A stretch of 64,000 nucleotides of DNA from an uncultured Pelagibacteraceae bacterium (GTDB taxonomy: Bacteria; Pseudomonadota; Alphaproteobacteria; Pelagibacterales; Pelagibacteraceae): NCBI GenBank assembly GCA_902530885.1, contig CACABZ010000002.1, forward strand, positions 2,692 through 66,691, read 5' to 3'. This document shows, piece after piece, positions 53,215 to 63,622 of this stretch. Position 1 is the stretch's first letter, and every line of letters begins with the position of its first letter. The translations under genes and the position numbers were made by a program. The notes beneath the pieces are model-generated. The model ran no database searches and had not been told where the DNA came from. It saw only the letters and a list, made by a program, of their open reading frames with translations.

Positions 53215-54113
53215 TGAGTGAAGTTACTGTTCTAGGTATATTTGTTGCAGACTTAAGTTTTTCAGCAAATAAAATTCCAACAACTGGTGAAACTATCCTT
53301 GGTGATAAATATAATATTGGCCCAGGTGGGAAAGGTTGCAATCAAGCAATAGCTCTAGCAAGATTGGGTTGCAATGTGAACTTTATCTCTAAAATTGGAA
53401 ATGATGATTACGGTAAACTTGCTTTAGACTCTCTTAAACAAAATAAAATTGACACATCTAACATCATAATTTCAAAAGAGCATCAAACAGGAGTTGCAGG
53501 CATCCACGTAGATAGTAATACTGGACAGAATGCAATTACTGTTGTTAGAGGTGCCCCAGCGAGTTTTACTAAAGATGAAGTAGATATAAATATAATAAAA
53601 AAATCAAAAATATTCTTAACTCAATTAGAAATACCAAAAGGAGTGACATTACATTGTTTAAAAGCAGCTAAAGAAAATGGTTTGATAAACATTTTAAACC
53701 CTGCGCCAGCATGTAAATTAGATAAGGAATTTTTTACTTTAGCTGACTATTTTACTCCGAATGAAGCAGAGGCAGAGTTCTATACCGGAGTAAAAATAAA
53801 TAATGAAAGTGATGCAAAAGAAAGCGCAAAAAAACTTTTAGCGTTAGGACTTAAAAAGGTAATAATTACTTTGGGAGAAAAGGGACTTTTTTATTCCGAT
53901 GGCAATGAGGAAATCTATATTAAAGCTCTTCCATTTAAAAAAGTTGAAGATACAACTGGTGCAGGTGATGCTTTTAACGGTGGATTGGCCTACGCTTTGT
54001 CAAAGAATAAAAGTATTAAGGAGTGTTTAAATATTGCTAATCAAGTGGCAGGTTTATCAACATTAAAACTTGGTGCAGGTAATTCGATGCCTTTACTAAC
54101 GGATTTAAAATAA
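53214..54113 (+). CDS. rbsK: Ribokinase (PfkB family)
   Basis: GGKGCNQA, QLEI, NPAPA, PNE.EAE, DTTGAGDAF. Confidence 0.9.
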   Translation: MSEVTVLGIFVADLSFSANKIPTTGETILGDKYNIGPGGKGCNQAIALARLGCNVNFISKIGNDDYGKLALDSLKQNKIDTSNIIISKEHQTGVAGIHVDSNTGQNAITVVRGAPASFTKDEVDINIIKKSKIFLTQLEIPKGVTLHCLKAAKENGLINILNPAPACKLDKEFFTLADYFTPNEAEAEFYTGVKINNESDAKESAKKLLALGLKKVIITLGEKGLFYSDGNEEIYIKALPFKKVEDTTGAGDAFNGGLAYALSKNKSIKECLNIANQVAGLSTLKLGAGNSMPLLTDLK

Positions 54114-54114
54114 G

Positions 54115-54369
54115 TTAAGTTAACAATTTATCTAACTCGCCACTTCTATTTGCAGCCTGAAGTTTATCATTACCACCAATATAATGGTCACCAATAAAAA
54201 TTTGAGGTATGGTTTTAGCGCCGTTCGTTCTTTGTATCATTTCTTTTGCTTTTGCAGGATCTTTCCAAATATCTAATTCTTCAATTTCAACATTTTTCGT
54301 TTTTAAAAGTGCTTTAGCAGCTTCACAAAATGAGCATGGATTCCCAGTATACATAGTAACTTTTTTCAT
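54115..54369 (-). CDS. grxC: Glutaredoxin 3
   Basis: CSFC, TIPQIFIG..IGG. Confidence 0.9.
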   Translation of the reverse strand: MKKVTMYTGNPCSFCEAAKALLKTKNVEIEELDIWKDPAKAKEMIQRTNGAKTIPQIFIGDHYIGGNDKLQAANRSGELDKLLT

Positions 54370-54371
54370 AA

Positions 54372-54686
54372 TTAACTTATATCACTTATCCTTATTTTTT
54401 CTTTTAATTTTTTTCTCTCAAACTTAAATTTTTTTCTGTGTTTAATGCTAGTGTTATGAACTCTTTTTCTCCAAAGTCTAAATGCCGAAGGTTTTAAATT
54501 ATTTCGCATTATTTTAATTACATCAGACTCGCTATTTCCGGTTTTCTCTTTTATTTCTTCAAAGGTAATTCTGTCTGCCCAAGCAGCCCAAATGACCCAG
54601 TCAGTTCCTTTTTTTTTAGGTTCAGGATTTTTAACTTTTGTTTGAGGAATATAACTTTTTTTCTTCATATATTCATATATAGTCAT
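54372..54686 (-). CDS. TIGR03643/DUF2805 family protein
   Basis: AW.DRITFEEI, E..VIKIMR..LKP..FRLWRKRV. Confidence 0.85.
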   Translation of the reverse strand: MTIYEYMKKKSYIPQTKVKNPEPKKKGTDWVIWAAWADRITFEEIKEKTGNSESDVIKIMRNNLKPSAFRLWRKRVHNTSIKHRKKFKFERKKLKEKIRISDIS

Positions 54687-54693
54687 TTAAATA

Positions 54694-55308
54694 ATGTTTC
54701 CCACTGATTTTTTAATATTTTTACAAATAATTTTATTTTTATTTATCACTCCAGGACCACCGCGTGTTGTAATAGTTTCTCATACATTAAATTACGGAAT
54801 TAAAAAGTCTGTGTGGACAGCATTTGGAGATATATCTGCAAATTTTTGTCAGGGTATCCTAGTTGTATTTTTTATTGGAACTTTTTTAAGTGATAATCCG
54901 AATATTCTACAAATGTTAAAATGGGCTGGAATTTTATATATCATCTACTTAGCTTACGACACTTACACTTCAAAAATAAAAATGATTAGTTCTGGAAATA
55001 AAAATTTAAAGTCTATTTTTTCTTTTTATAGAGACGGATTTCTTGTTGCAGGATTAAGTCCTAAATCAATAATATTTTTTGGCACAATTTTTACTTCGTT
55101 TATTGATTTTACATCAAACTATACTGCTCAATTTTTAATATTGATAATTACATATGTATCTTTAGATTTTTTGACTTTGATGACTTACGCGTTTGCAGCA
55201 AACAAAGTATCAATTTGGTTAAAAGATAACCCCAAAGTTTTAAATACAATCTCTGCGTGTGTATTAATAATTATCGCAGTTTATGTCGCGGTATCTCAAA
55301 ACTATTAA
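54694..55308 (+). CDS. LysE/RhtB family translocator
   Basis: ITPGP, LKWAG..Y..YLA, GF.V...PK.I.FF. Confidence 0.9.
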   Translation: MFPTDFLIFLQIILFLFITPGPPRVVIVSHTLNYGIKKSVWTAFGDISANFCQGILVVFFIGTFLSDNPNILQMLKWAGILYIIYLAYDTYTSKIKMISSGNKNLKSIFSFYRDGFLVAGLSPKSIIFFGTIFTSFIDFTSNYTAQFLILIITYVSLDFLTLMTYAFAANKVSIWLKDNPKVLNTISACVLIIIAVYVAVSQNY

Positions 55309-55385
55309 TTAATTCTTTCTGTTGCCATTTTTTCAAATTCTTGTTTTAATTTGTTATTAATTAATTAATTAACGAAGGAGAAATA

Positions 55386-56627
55386 ATGAATAAAATAGTA
55401 AAACTATTTATTACATCTATTTCAGCTATAACTTTAGCACTTGTATCTTTCACATCTTCTTTTGCAAAAGTAGACGGTGAATACATTGTGTTAGGTTCTG
55501 CAATATCTCTTACAGGAAAATATTCTTCTAATGGAGTACACACTCAAAACGGTTATAACATGGCCGTTGACAGAATTAATAAAATGGGTGGTGTAAAAGT
55601 TGGTGGAAAAAGTTATAAGTTTGAAATCATATATTACGATGATGAGTCAAACCCTAAAAGAGCTGCTCAGTTAGCTGAAAGACTAATTAAACAGGACGGC
55701 GTTCATTACATGCTTGGACCATACAGTTCAGGTTTAACGAAAGCCATTGCACCAGTAACCGAGAAATATAAAATTCCTATGGTTGAAGCGAACGGTGCAT
55801 CAAGATCTTTGTTTACAAAAGGATATAAATATTTGTTCGCAGTGTTATCACCTGCTAACCAATATCTTGAAGTAGCAATCGATCTTGCTGTTGAAAAAAA
55901 TGGTGGTAAGCCAGTTAGAATAGCTCAAGCATTTGAACAAGATGCATTCTCTCAAGACGTGAGACTTGGTATCTTAGATGCTGCAAAAAGAACTGGATCA
56001 GAGATTATAATCGATGATAAATTACCAAAAGAGTTAAATGATATGGCTGCTACATTAGCTAAAGTTAAAGCAACTAAACCTGATGTACTTGTTGTTTCTG
56101 GCCACACTAAAGGTGCATTAACTGCAATCAGACAAATATCTGAAATGAAAGTTGATGTTCCAATGTTAGCGATGACACATTGTGATGCTGCAAAACTTTC
56201 CAAACAACATGGAAAGAATTCAGAATACGCACTATGTGCTTCTCAGTGGCATAAAAACTTAAGCTACAAAGATAAGTTTTTTGGTTCAGGTAAAAAGTAT
56301 GACAAAGACTTTAAAAAAGAATTTGGTTATGCACCGCCGTACCAATCAGCTGAATCATCTGCTGCTTTATTAGTATTCAAAGATGCGTTTGAAAGAGCAA
56401 ATTCATTTGATAGAGATAAAGTTAGAGATGCGCTAGTTGACACTGAAATGCAAACTTTCTATGGAAACATTAAATTTGGACCTGGCGGCCAAAACGTTGC
56501 CAAGCCAATGATTTTGTTCCAAGTAAGATGTAAAGGTGATACGTGTGAGAATAAAGTTGTAGCTCCAACTAAGTGGGCTTCAGACAAATTCTACCACCCA
56601 ATACCTAAGTGGTCAGAGCGAGGCTAA
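55386..56627 (+). CDS. Branched-chain amino acid-type ABC transporter substrate-binding protein
   Basis: Signal peptide, SLTG, YYDDES.P, LGPYSS; SD AAGGAG. Confidence 0.9.
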   Translation: MNKIVKLFITSISAITLALVSFTSSFAKVDGEYIVLGSAISLTGKYSSNGVHTQNGYNMAVDRINKMGGVKVGGKSYKFEIIYYDDESNPKRAAQLAERLIKQDGVHYMLGPYSSGLTKAIAPVTEKYKIPMVEANGASRSLFTKGYKYLFAVLSPANQYLEVAIDLAVEKNGGKPVRIAQAFEQDAFSQDVRLGILDAAKRTGSEIIIDDKLPKELNDMAATLAKVKATKPDVLVVSGHTKGALTAIRQISEMKVDVPMLAMTHCDAAKLSKQHGKNSEYALCASQWHKNLSYKDKFFGSGKKYDKDFKKEFGYAPPYQSAESSAALLVFKDAFERANSFDRDKVRDALVDTEMQTFYGNIKFGPGGQNVAKPMILFQVRCKGDTCENKVVAPTKWASDKFYHPIPKWSERG

Positions 56628-56647
56628 TAACTAATTAATGCATTGAC

Positions 56648-56678
56648 AAGCCCCTGGTTTTCCAGGGGCTTTTCTTTT
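56648..56678 (+). terminator. Intrinsic terminator/stabilising hairpin after the binding-protein gene
   Basis: AAGCCCCTGG-TTTT-CCAGGGGCTT followed by TTCTTTT. Confidence 0.85.
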
Positions 56679-56696
56679 AAAAGGTTATAATCTTTT

Positions 56697-57590
56697 ATGG
56701 ATTTTTTAATTTTTAAAGCCCCAATGCTAATGGTCCAAGCATCATTGGACGGAATTCTTCTAGGAATTTTATTTGCTTTAATTGCATACGGTATGGCTCT
56801 TCAATGGGGAGTAATGAATATAATCAATATTGCACAAGGTGATTTAGTAATTCTTGGAGGTTATATTGCATACACAATGTATCTTGCCGGAATTCATCCA
56901 GCTTGGGGAGTAATTGTTTCGCCAATAATAATGTTTTTTATTGGATGGGCCCTTTATAAATTAGTTATTAATAAAGTTGTAGACCGCGATTTATTTATTT
57001 CAATTTTAGCAACTTTTGGTATCGCAATAGTATTTCAACAGTTAATGAATTTTATTTTTGGTGCGGACGTCGTAGTCGCTCAATCAGGATATGGAACAAC
57101 AATGTTATTTGATAATTCAGTAACTTTACCAAATTCAAAAATATTTTCTGCTGTAATAAGTGTTTTATATGCAATCGGTTTAGTTATATATATGAGAAAA
57201 TCTAAACTAGGACGAGCTATCAGAGCCACAGCTCAAAATGCGAGGGCAGCGAAAATTTTAGGCGTAGATACAGAAAGAGTTTATGCTGCAACTTTTGGAA
57301 TTAATGCTGCATTATGTGGAATTGCGGGGGCTTTAATCTCAATAACTCTTACCCTTCATCCATATGTGGGACTTCCATATACAGTAAGATCTTTCATGAT
57401 AGTGATTGTTGCAGGTCTTGGAAATTTACCTGCGGTAGCAATTTCTGGAATGGGTTTAGGACTATTTGAAGAATTTGCAGATTACATTTTAGGAACAGAA
57501 TTTAGAATAGGAGCAGTGTTTATGCTGTTAGTATTCATATTGGTTTATAGAAGGTTCAAACTTTCCAAAAAAAGGGAGTATTTAAAATAA
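56697..57590 (+). CDS. BCAA-type ABC transporter permease (LivH-like)
   Basis: GVMNIINIAQG, GRAIRA.AQN..AA.ILGV. Confidence 0.9.
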   Translation: MDFLIFKAPMLMVQASLDGILLGILFALIAYGMALQWGVMNIINIAQGDLVILGGYIAYTMYLAGIHPAWGVIVSPIIMFFIGWALYKLVINKVVDRDLFISILATFGIAIVFQQLMNFIFGADVVVAQSGYGTTMLFDNSVTLPNSKIFSAVISVLYAIGLVIYMRKSKLGRAIRATAQNARAAKILGVDTERVYAATFGINAALCGIAGALISITLTLHPYVGLPYTVRSFMIVIVAGLGNLPAVAISGMGLGLFEEFADYILGTEFRIGAVFMLLVFILVYRRFKLSKKREYLK

Positions 57591-58655
57591 ATGAATGCGG
57601 TAAAACAAAAAGATCTAATCTTATATTCAGGCTTAATAATCCTTGGTTTAGCTGCGCCTTTTTTATTCTCTGCTTTCAAAGTTCAGCTTACATACCTTTG
57701 CGTCTTGATCGTTCTAGCGATGACTTGGAATTTACAAGGCGGAGAGATGGGTTACAATTCTTTTGGAAATATTCTTTTTTACGGTCTTGGAATGTACCTA
57801 ACCTCATCGGTTCAAGTTGGAATGTTTTTTCCATTGGCAGAATGGACAGAGAGTGGTGGAGAAAAAACTTTCGTACATACCACAGCACAATATTTTCAGG
57901 GAATAGGTGTCGGGTTAATAGTTGCAGCTATTATTCCTACCATTGTTGCTGGCGCAATCGGTTATGCTATCTTGGGATTAAGGGGGCACTACTTTGCAAT
58001 TTGTACATTAGGATTAGGAATTGCAGCAGGGGAAATTGCTGGAGGAATAGAAATTATCGGAGCAGGTCAAGGCTTCACCACACCTCCTTTTCCAGCAGAA
58101 ATAGTTGATCCTGAAGCTAGAGGACAATTTTTCTATTTTTTAAGTTTTTTAGTTTTAGTTTTAGCATTTGTTTTTGTTAAATATATTTATGGTTCTAGAT
58201 TTAGATTAATTTTAAATGCGATAAGAGATAATGAGGATAAAGCAGAAGCAATGGGAATTCAAACAATGAAATATAAAATTGTTGGTTGGATGTGCTCTGC
58301 ATTTTTCTGTGGTCTTGCAGGTGGAATTATGGGCGGACTTATAGGATACATTGACTCTACTGATGTTGCATTTGATGGAAGAGAAATGGGAGTGTTCATG
58401 GTTCTTATGGCAATTCTTGGCGGCAAAGGAACTTTATGGGGACCCATTATCGGTGCAACTTTATTCCATTTTTTAAAAGAGGGACTTTGGACTTTTATAT
58501 TGGGTTGGCAGTATGTTGCGCTTGGAGTTTTAATTGTTGTGATCGTGGTTTATTTCCCAGAAGGACTAATGGGTTGGTTAAGGGAAAAATACCCTGAAAG
58601 ATTTGGTGAAGTAATTGATGAAAAAGATCGTAAAGCACAGGTGGAACTAAAATGA
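57591..58655 (+). CDS. BCAA-type ABC transporter permease (LivM-like)
   Basis: LRGHYFAI.TL, AIRDNE..AEAMGI, LGG.GTLWGP. Confidence 0.9.
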   Translation: MNAVKQKDLILYSGLIILGLAAPFLFSAFKVQLTYLCVLIVLAMTWNLQGGEMGYNSFGNILFYGLGMYLTSSVQVGMFFPLAEWTESGGEKTFVHTTAQYFQGIGVGLIVAAIIPTIVAGAIGYAILGLRGHYFAICTLGLGIAAGEIAGGIEIIGAGQGFTTPPFPAEIVDPEARGQFFYFLSFLVLVLAFVFVKYIYGSRFRLILNAIRDNEDKAEAMGIQTMKYKIVGWMCSAFFCGLAGGIMGGLIGYIDSTDVAFDGREMGVFMVLMAILGGKGTLWGPIIGATLFHFLKEGLWTFILGWQYVALGVLIVVIVVYFPEGLMGWLREKYPERFGEVIDEKDRKAQVELK

Positions 58656-59386
58656 GTATTTTAGAAGTTAAAAATGTAAGTAAATCTTTTGGCGGTGTGC
58701 AAGCCAACGTAGATATTTCTGTTACAGTTGAACAAGGATCGATTGTTGGTTTAATTGGACCTAATGGTTCAGGCAAAACTACTTTATTTAATTCTATTGT
58801 AGGAACTCACCCAATTGATAAAGGATCTATTGTTTTTAATAATACTGAGGTATCAGAGATGCCTGTTCCAGCAGTTGCAAAGCTTGGTTTGTTAAGAACT
58901 TTTCAACAAACAAGAATTTATTCAAAACTTAATTGTGTAGAAAATATGCTTATAAGTCATAAAGCTAGTGATTCCGGATTTATATTTGCAAAAGTGCCTA
59001 CAGAATTGACTGAAAAAGCGGAAAACCTTCTTAGCTTTGTTGGTCTATATCAGAAAAGAAATTTAAGAGCAGGAGATTTATCGTTTGGACAACAAAAATT
59101 ACTAGAATTAGCTATGGCATTAATGAATGAGCCAAAAATGCTTTTATTAGATGAACCAACGGCAGGAATAAATCCAACATTAATTAATGGAATTATAGAT
59201 AGATTAATTAAAATAAACAAAGATTATGGAATCACATTATTAGTTATTGAACATAATATGAGAGTAATAATGAGCTTAGCTCAAAAAATATTCTGTCTAG
59301 CACATGGAAAAATGTTAGCAGAAGGTTCACCAGATCAAATTAAAAATGATAAGCGAGTTGTTGATGCTTATTTAGGAGCACAATAA
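58652..59386 (+). CDS. ABC transporter ATP-binding protein (LivG-like)
   Basis: GPNGSGKT, RTFQ, LSFGQQ, LLDEP, IEHNM, DAYLG. Confidence 0.92.
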   Translation: MSILEVKNVSKSFGGVQANVDISVTVEQGSIVGLIGPNGSGKTTLFNSIVGTHPIDKGSIVFNNTEVSEMPVPAVAKLGLLRTFQQTRIYSKLNCVENMLISHKASDSGFIFAKVPTELTEKAENLLSFVGLYQKRNLRAGDLSFGQQKLLELAMALMNEPKMLLLDEPTAGINPTLINGIIDRLIKINKDYGITLLVIEHNMRVIMSLAQKIFCLAHGKMLAEGSPDQIKNDKRVVDAYLGAQ

Positions 59387-60171
59387 TGGCTAATCAATAT
59401 GATGTTTTAGGAAAAGCTCCAGGGTTAGAAGAATTAAATAAACTATCTCCTAACGATGTTCATTTAACAATCAGAGGGCTGAACGCAGGTTACGGAAAGA
59501 TGGAAATTCTTCATAAATTTGATTTAACAGTGAGTAAAGCTCAATCGTTATGTTTAATTGGACCAAACGGGGCAGGAAAATCTACAATTCTTCACTCTAT
59601 ATATGGTTTCACAAATATCTTTGACGGGAAGATTGAATTAGAAGGCAATGAAATTACTAAGCTTACTCCTGCAGAAAAATTAAGCAAAGTTGGTATTGCG
59701 TATATTTTGCAAGATAATTCTGTTTTCCCTGACATGACAGTGGAGGAAAACCTTTTAATGGGAGGATATATTAAAGATAAACAAGATGAAGCTTACGAAG
59801 AAGCTGAGAGAATTTTTCAAAAATACGACAGACTAAGAAATAGAAGAAATCAGCCTGCGAAAGTTTTATCAGGTGGAGAGAGAAGACTATTAGAAATTTC
59901 TAGAGCTTTAGTTATGAAACCTTCGGTGCTACTTGTTGATGAACCTTCAATTGGTTTAGAACCTAAGTATATAAGTATGGTGTTTGAAATTTTAGAAGAT
60001 CTGCAAAAAACAGAAAAGAAAACAATTATCTTAGTTGAACAAAATGCTAAAAAAGGTTTGGAATTTGCTGATATAGGATACGTTTTAGTTTCTGGTCAAA
60101 CGGCGATTGCTGGCAAAGGCAACGATCTTTTAAAAAATCCTGACGTAGGCAGATTATTCCTCGGAGGATGA
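59386..60171 (+). CDS. ABC transporter ATP-binding protein (LivF-like)
   Basis: GPNGAGKS, LSGGE, DEPSIGL, VEQN. Confidence 0.92.
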   Translation: MANQYDVLGKAPGLEELNKLSPNDVHLTIRGLNAGYGKMEILHKFDLTVSKAQSLCLIGPNGAGKSTILHSIYGFTNIFDGKIELEGNEITKLTPAEKLSKVGIAYILQDNSVFPDMTVEENLLMGGYIKDKQDEAYEEAERIFQKYDRLRNRRNQPAKVLSGGERRLLEISRALVMKPSVLLVDEPSIGLEPKYISMVFEILEDLQKTEKKTIILVEQNAKKGLEFADIGYVLVSGQTAIAGKGNDLLKNPDVGRLFLGG

Positions 60172-60875
60172 TAAATTCAAAAATTTTTTTTAAAGGACTT
60201 AAATCATTAATAGGAGTTAGAAGTCCAGCTATACCATTAGCTGCATGTTTTGTTGCGCTTGGTGCTCTACTTAAGGATGCAGGCTTAAATATTCAACAAA
60301 GTGCTGCATCAAGTTTTTTTACTTATGCTCTACCAGGTCAACTTGTTATGGCCGAGTCTTTATTAATTGGCGCATCAATAATTAATATCTTCATAGCTGT
60401 TTGGTTAGTGAATTTCAGACTATACCCAATGACCGTATCTCTTTTCCCTTTGCTAAAACATAAGTCGCAACCTAAATGGAAATATTATTTGTCATGTCAT
60501 TTTCTTGCAATCTCATCTTGGCTCATAGCTAAAGACACTTATGAAAAAATTGATCAAAAATACAGAATTGACTTTTGGATGGGTATAGGCTTTGGAACAT
60601 GGACTACTGCAATTTTTACAACTTTAATAGGTTTTACTTTAGCAGACTATCTCAATAAAGATATTATTATAGGGTTAGCAATCGTAAATCCTGTTTATTT
60701 CTTTTGCATGATGATTGGAGCAATGAATAATTTAAAAATTTCTATAGCTGTCATACTAGGAACTATTCTAGGCCCAGTGTTTTATTTATTTTCAAGTGAG
60801 TGGGCTATTCTTTTTGCTGGATTAACAGCTGGCTCAATATCATATTTATTTGGAGTGAGAGATGGATCCAAATAA
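60168..60875 (+). CDS. azlC: AzlC family protein
   Basis: Polytopic; FGxL-like and A.PGQL motifs, VNFR; followed by AzlD-like gene. Confidence 0.8.
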   Translation: MINSKIFFKGLKSLIGVRSPAIPLAACFVALGALLKDAGLNIQQSAASSFFTYALPGQLVMAESLLIGASIINIFIAVWLVNFRLYPMTVSLFPLLKHKSQPKWKYYLSCHFLAISSWLIAKDTYEKIDQKYRIDFWMGIGFGTWTTAIFTTLIGFTLADYLNKDIIIGLAIVNPVYFFCMMIGAMNNLKISIAVILGTILGPVFYLFSSEWAILFAGLTAGSISYLFGVRDGSK

Positions 60876-61188
60876 AATTATAGTATTAGCAATAATCGCA
60901 ACATCTGTTGCAACGTTTATATCACGTTTTTTAGGAGCATTAACTTCAGAAAGAGTTGATGCCAGTTCGAAACTTTTTGATTGGTTTAATTTAGTTGCCT
61001 ACTCAACTCTAGCAGCTTTGCTTGGTAGAATTATAATTTTCCCTGCTGGAGTATTAGCTGATGCCGATATCATAATACGCTTGATAGTCCTAATTAGCTG
61101 TATATTTACTTTCATTATAATGAAGAAAAATTTGGTTATACCAACAATATTTTCTGCTATACTTTTATCTGTTTTAACAAGTATATGA
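60862..61188 (+). CDS. AzlD-like small membrane protein
   Basis: TFISRFLG, VAYSTLAAL; overlaps azlC end. Confidence 0.72.
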   Translation: MDPNKIIVLAIIATSVATFISRFLGALTSERVDASSKLFDWFNLVAYSTLAALLGRIIIFPAGVLADADIIIRLIVLISCIFTFIIMKKNLVIPTIFSAILLSVLTSI

Positions 61189-62081
61189 GTTTAAAAATTG
61201 AAGATCATAAAAATTCTAAGCGAGTAAAGGTTATAAAAATACCCGAAGAAGATTTAGATAGATTGGTATTTCCATTTAAAAAACACTCCATTACATCTTT
61301 AGAGTACAAACCATTTACAAGATTTACTATTGCTAAAAGCTTAGACGAATTATTTAAAAATGAATTAAGCAAACAACTTAAAAAAGTTCTTAATGATAGA
61401 AATTCAGGAACAGCAATTATTGAACCTGAGATACAAAATAATAAATTTGATAAAGAATTTTTAGTTAAACTATCAACATCTTTAGCCTATCTAGTTGGCA
61501 CTCCTAATTTTGACTCAATGTCAGGTAAATACTACGCCAGATTTGAGGTAAAACATGTAGATCAAAGCGACTCATATTTACGAAAAGCTTATAACAATCT
61601 AGATCTTCATACAGACGGAACCTACGTTAAAGAAAAAACAGACTGGTTAATAATGACTAAGATGGAAGAGCAAAACGTTTCAGGAGGAGAGAGTGTGATA
61701 TTGCACTTAGATGACTGGGAATATTTAGAAGATTTAAGCAAAGATCCAACAGGTAGACAAAATTTTATTTGGAGCTCGCCCAAGAGTAAAAACGTAGATT
61801 ATAAAGTTGAACATCCAGTATTTTCTAATGATGATAAAGGCAAACCTATTATTTCTTATATTGATCAATTTCCTGAACCTAAAAATATGGAACAAGGTTT
61901 ATTTTTACAAAAATTGTCTGATGCATTGGAGGAGAGTAAAAACAAAATAGTTTTTCCTTTACCAGTCGGTTCTACAATTTTTTCAAATAATTATTTCTGG
62001 CTTCACGGGAGAAAAGCTTTCAAAGAACATTCTGGGTTATCTAGAGAACTATTAAGAATTAGAGGAACTTTTTTCCATTAA
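61185..62081 (+). CDS. csiD: Glutarate 2-hydroxylase / carbon starvation protein CsiD (Fe/2OG dioxygenase)
   Basis: LEYKPF.RF, NFDSMSGKYYARF, DSYLR, LHTDGT (HxD), NN.FWLHGR, RELLR.RG. Confidence 0.9.
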   Translation: MSLKIEDHKNSKRVKVIKIPEEDLDRLVFPFKKHSITSLEYKPFTRFTIAKSLDELFKNELSKQLKKVLNDRNSGTAIIEPEIQNNKFDKEFLVKLSTSLAYLVGTPNFDSMSGKYYARFEVKHVDQSDSYLRKAYNNLDLHTDGTYVKEKTDWLIMTKMEEQNVSGGESVILHLDDWEYLEDLSKDPTGRQNFIWSSPKSKNVDYKVEHPVFSNDDKGKPIISYIDQFPEPKNMEQGLFLQKLSDALEESKNKIVFPLPVGSTIFSNNYFWLHGRKAFKEHSGLSRELLRIRGTFFH

Positions 62082-62147
62082 ATCATATTGACTCTTACTC
62101 ATTAATTATTTTTAATAATGATAATTAACAAACAATGGGGGAAACAA

Positions 62148-63128
62148 ATGCTAAGTAAATTTAAAAAACTTATCAGTCTTGTATTTGCTACCGTTCTTTT
62201 AACTTCAATCTCATCAACTAGTTTTGCTATCGACAAATTACACTTTGTAATTGGCGGTGGAGCTGGTGGTGGTTGGGATGGAACTGCTAGGGGAACTGGA
62301 GAAGCGCTTACAAAAGCTGGTTTTTTAAAAAGTGCGTCATTCGAAAATATGTCAGGTGGTGGTGGAGGTAAAGCTTTATCATTCATGATTAATACTAAAC
62401 CAACTGGTACAGTATTAGTTCAATCAACACCTTTAGTATTAAGATCAATCACAAGACACAAAGGTTACGTGAGTGGTAGTGGCGTTCTGTCATACAAAGA
62501 TGTTGTACCAATAGCTGGAGTAATAGGTGACTATGGTGCAATCGCTGTTGCAAAAAATTCACCGTATAAAAACTTTAAAGATGTAGTTGCTGCTTATAAA
62601 TCTAATCCAAAATCTGTGAAGATGGCAGGTGGATCTGTAAGAGGAAGCATGGACCATTTAATTGGTGCTTTAGCTTTCCAAGAAGCAGGAGCTGATCCGA
62701 ATAAAGTTGTATACGTACCTTACGATGCTGGCGGAAAAGCATTAGCAGGTTTACTTTCAGGAGAAACTCAAATTCTTTCAACTGGTTTGGGAGAAGTAAT
62801 GGGAGCAAGAGACCAAGTAAGAATAATTGGTATAACTGCGCCTAGCAGAGTTGCAGATGCTCCAGAAGTACCAACACTTAAAGAACAGGGCTTTGATGTT
62901 CAGTTCGTAAACTGGAGAGGATTTTTTGGCCCACCAAACATGAGTAGTGCTGATAAAAAGAAAATAGCTAAAATGTTAGGTGATGTACAAAAAACTCCAG
63001 AATGGGAAGCTGTAAGAAAAAGAAATGCTTGGGTAAACATTTATAACCCAGACAAAAAGTTTGTGAAGTTTTTAAAAACACAAACTAAAGAAATGACAGC
63101 TCTAATGAAAAAACTTGGAGTAATTTAA
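62148..63128 (+). CDS. tctC: Tripartite tricarboxylate transporter substrate-binding protein (TctC/Bug)
   Basis: GGGWDGTAR, N..GGGG, YVPYDAGG, PTLKEQG, NWRG; ATG at 62148 preferred. Confidence 0.9.
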   Translation: MLSKFKKLISLVFATVLLTSISSTSFAIDKLHFVIGGGAGGGWDGTARGTGEALTKAGFLKSASFENMSGGGGGKALSFMINTKPTGTVLVQSTPLVLRSITRHKGYVSGSGVLSYKDVVPIAGVIGDYGAIAVAKNSPYKNFKDVVAAYKSNPKSVKMAGGSVRGSMDHLIGALAFQEAGADPNKVVYVPYDAGGKALAGLLSGETQILSTGLGEVMGARDQVRIIGITAPSRVADAPEVPTLKEQGFDVQFVNWRGFFGPPNMSSADKKKIAKMLGDVQKTPEWEAVRKRNAWVNIYNPDKKFVKFLKTQTKEMTALMKKLGVI

Positions 63129-63151
63129 TTACTTACTAATTAGGAGGAGCA

Positions 63152-63622
63152 GTGCAAATAAGTCCAATTAAGATTATTTCACTGCTCTTCTTTGTTTTTT
63201 CAGGATTTTATTTATATCACGCATATCAAATTAGAGTTTTTGCCTTTGATGAAAATGCTCCTTTTAATGCAAAAACTTTTCCAATTTTATTAGGTTACGC
63301 AGGAATTTTCTTTTCTGGTTTATACATTGCATTACCTGAAAAAAGGCCTTCAAATGTTAATCTATCTGTTCTTGATTACAAAAGAACAATTACACTAGTC
63401 ATTTTAATGATCATTTATGGAGTTACAATTTTAAAAGCAGGATATTTTCTTTCTACCTCTATTTTTTTAGTTCTATCTTATTTAACACTTGGTGAAAAAA
63501 GATGGTTTTGGGTTTTTGCACTTTCCTTTCCTTTTGTGGCTATTTTCATGTTTCTTCTACACGGTCTATTAGACATTTACTTACGTGACCCACTTTTAAA
63601 ATACCTAGGAATAATAGGATGA
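63152..63622 (+). CDS. tctB: Tripartite tricarboxylate transporter TctB
   Basis: Small multi-TM protein with AKTFP between tctC and tctA; SD AGGAGG, GTG start. Confidence 0.85.
   Translation: MQISPIKIISLLFFVFSGFYLYHAYQIRVFAFDENAPFNAKTFPILLGYAGIFFSGLYIALPEKRPSNVNLSVLDYKRTITLVILMIIYGVTILKAGYFLSTSIFLVLSYLTLGEKRWFWVFALSFPFVAIFMFLLHGLLDIYLRDPLLKYLGIIG

Noticed and set aside
55317-55327. TTCTGTTGCCA match to the repeat core
   Set aside because: Only 11 bp, no flanking stem, far from ssrA; better explained as a -35 (TTGCCA) for the ABC binding-protein gene.
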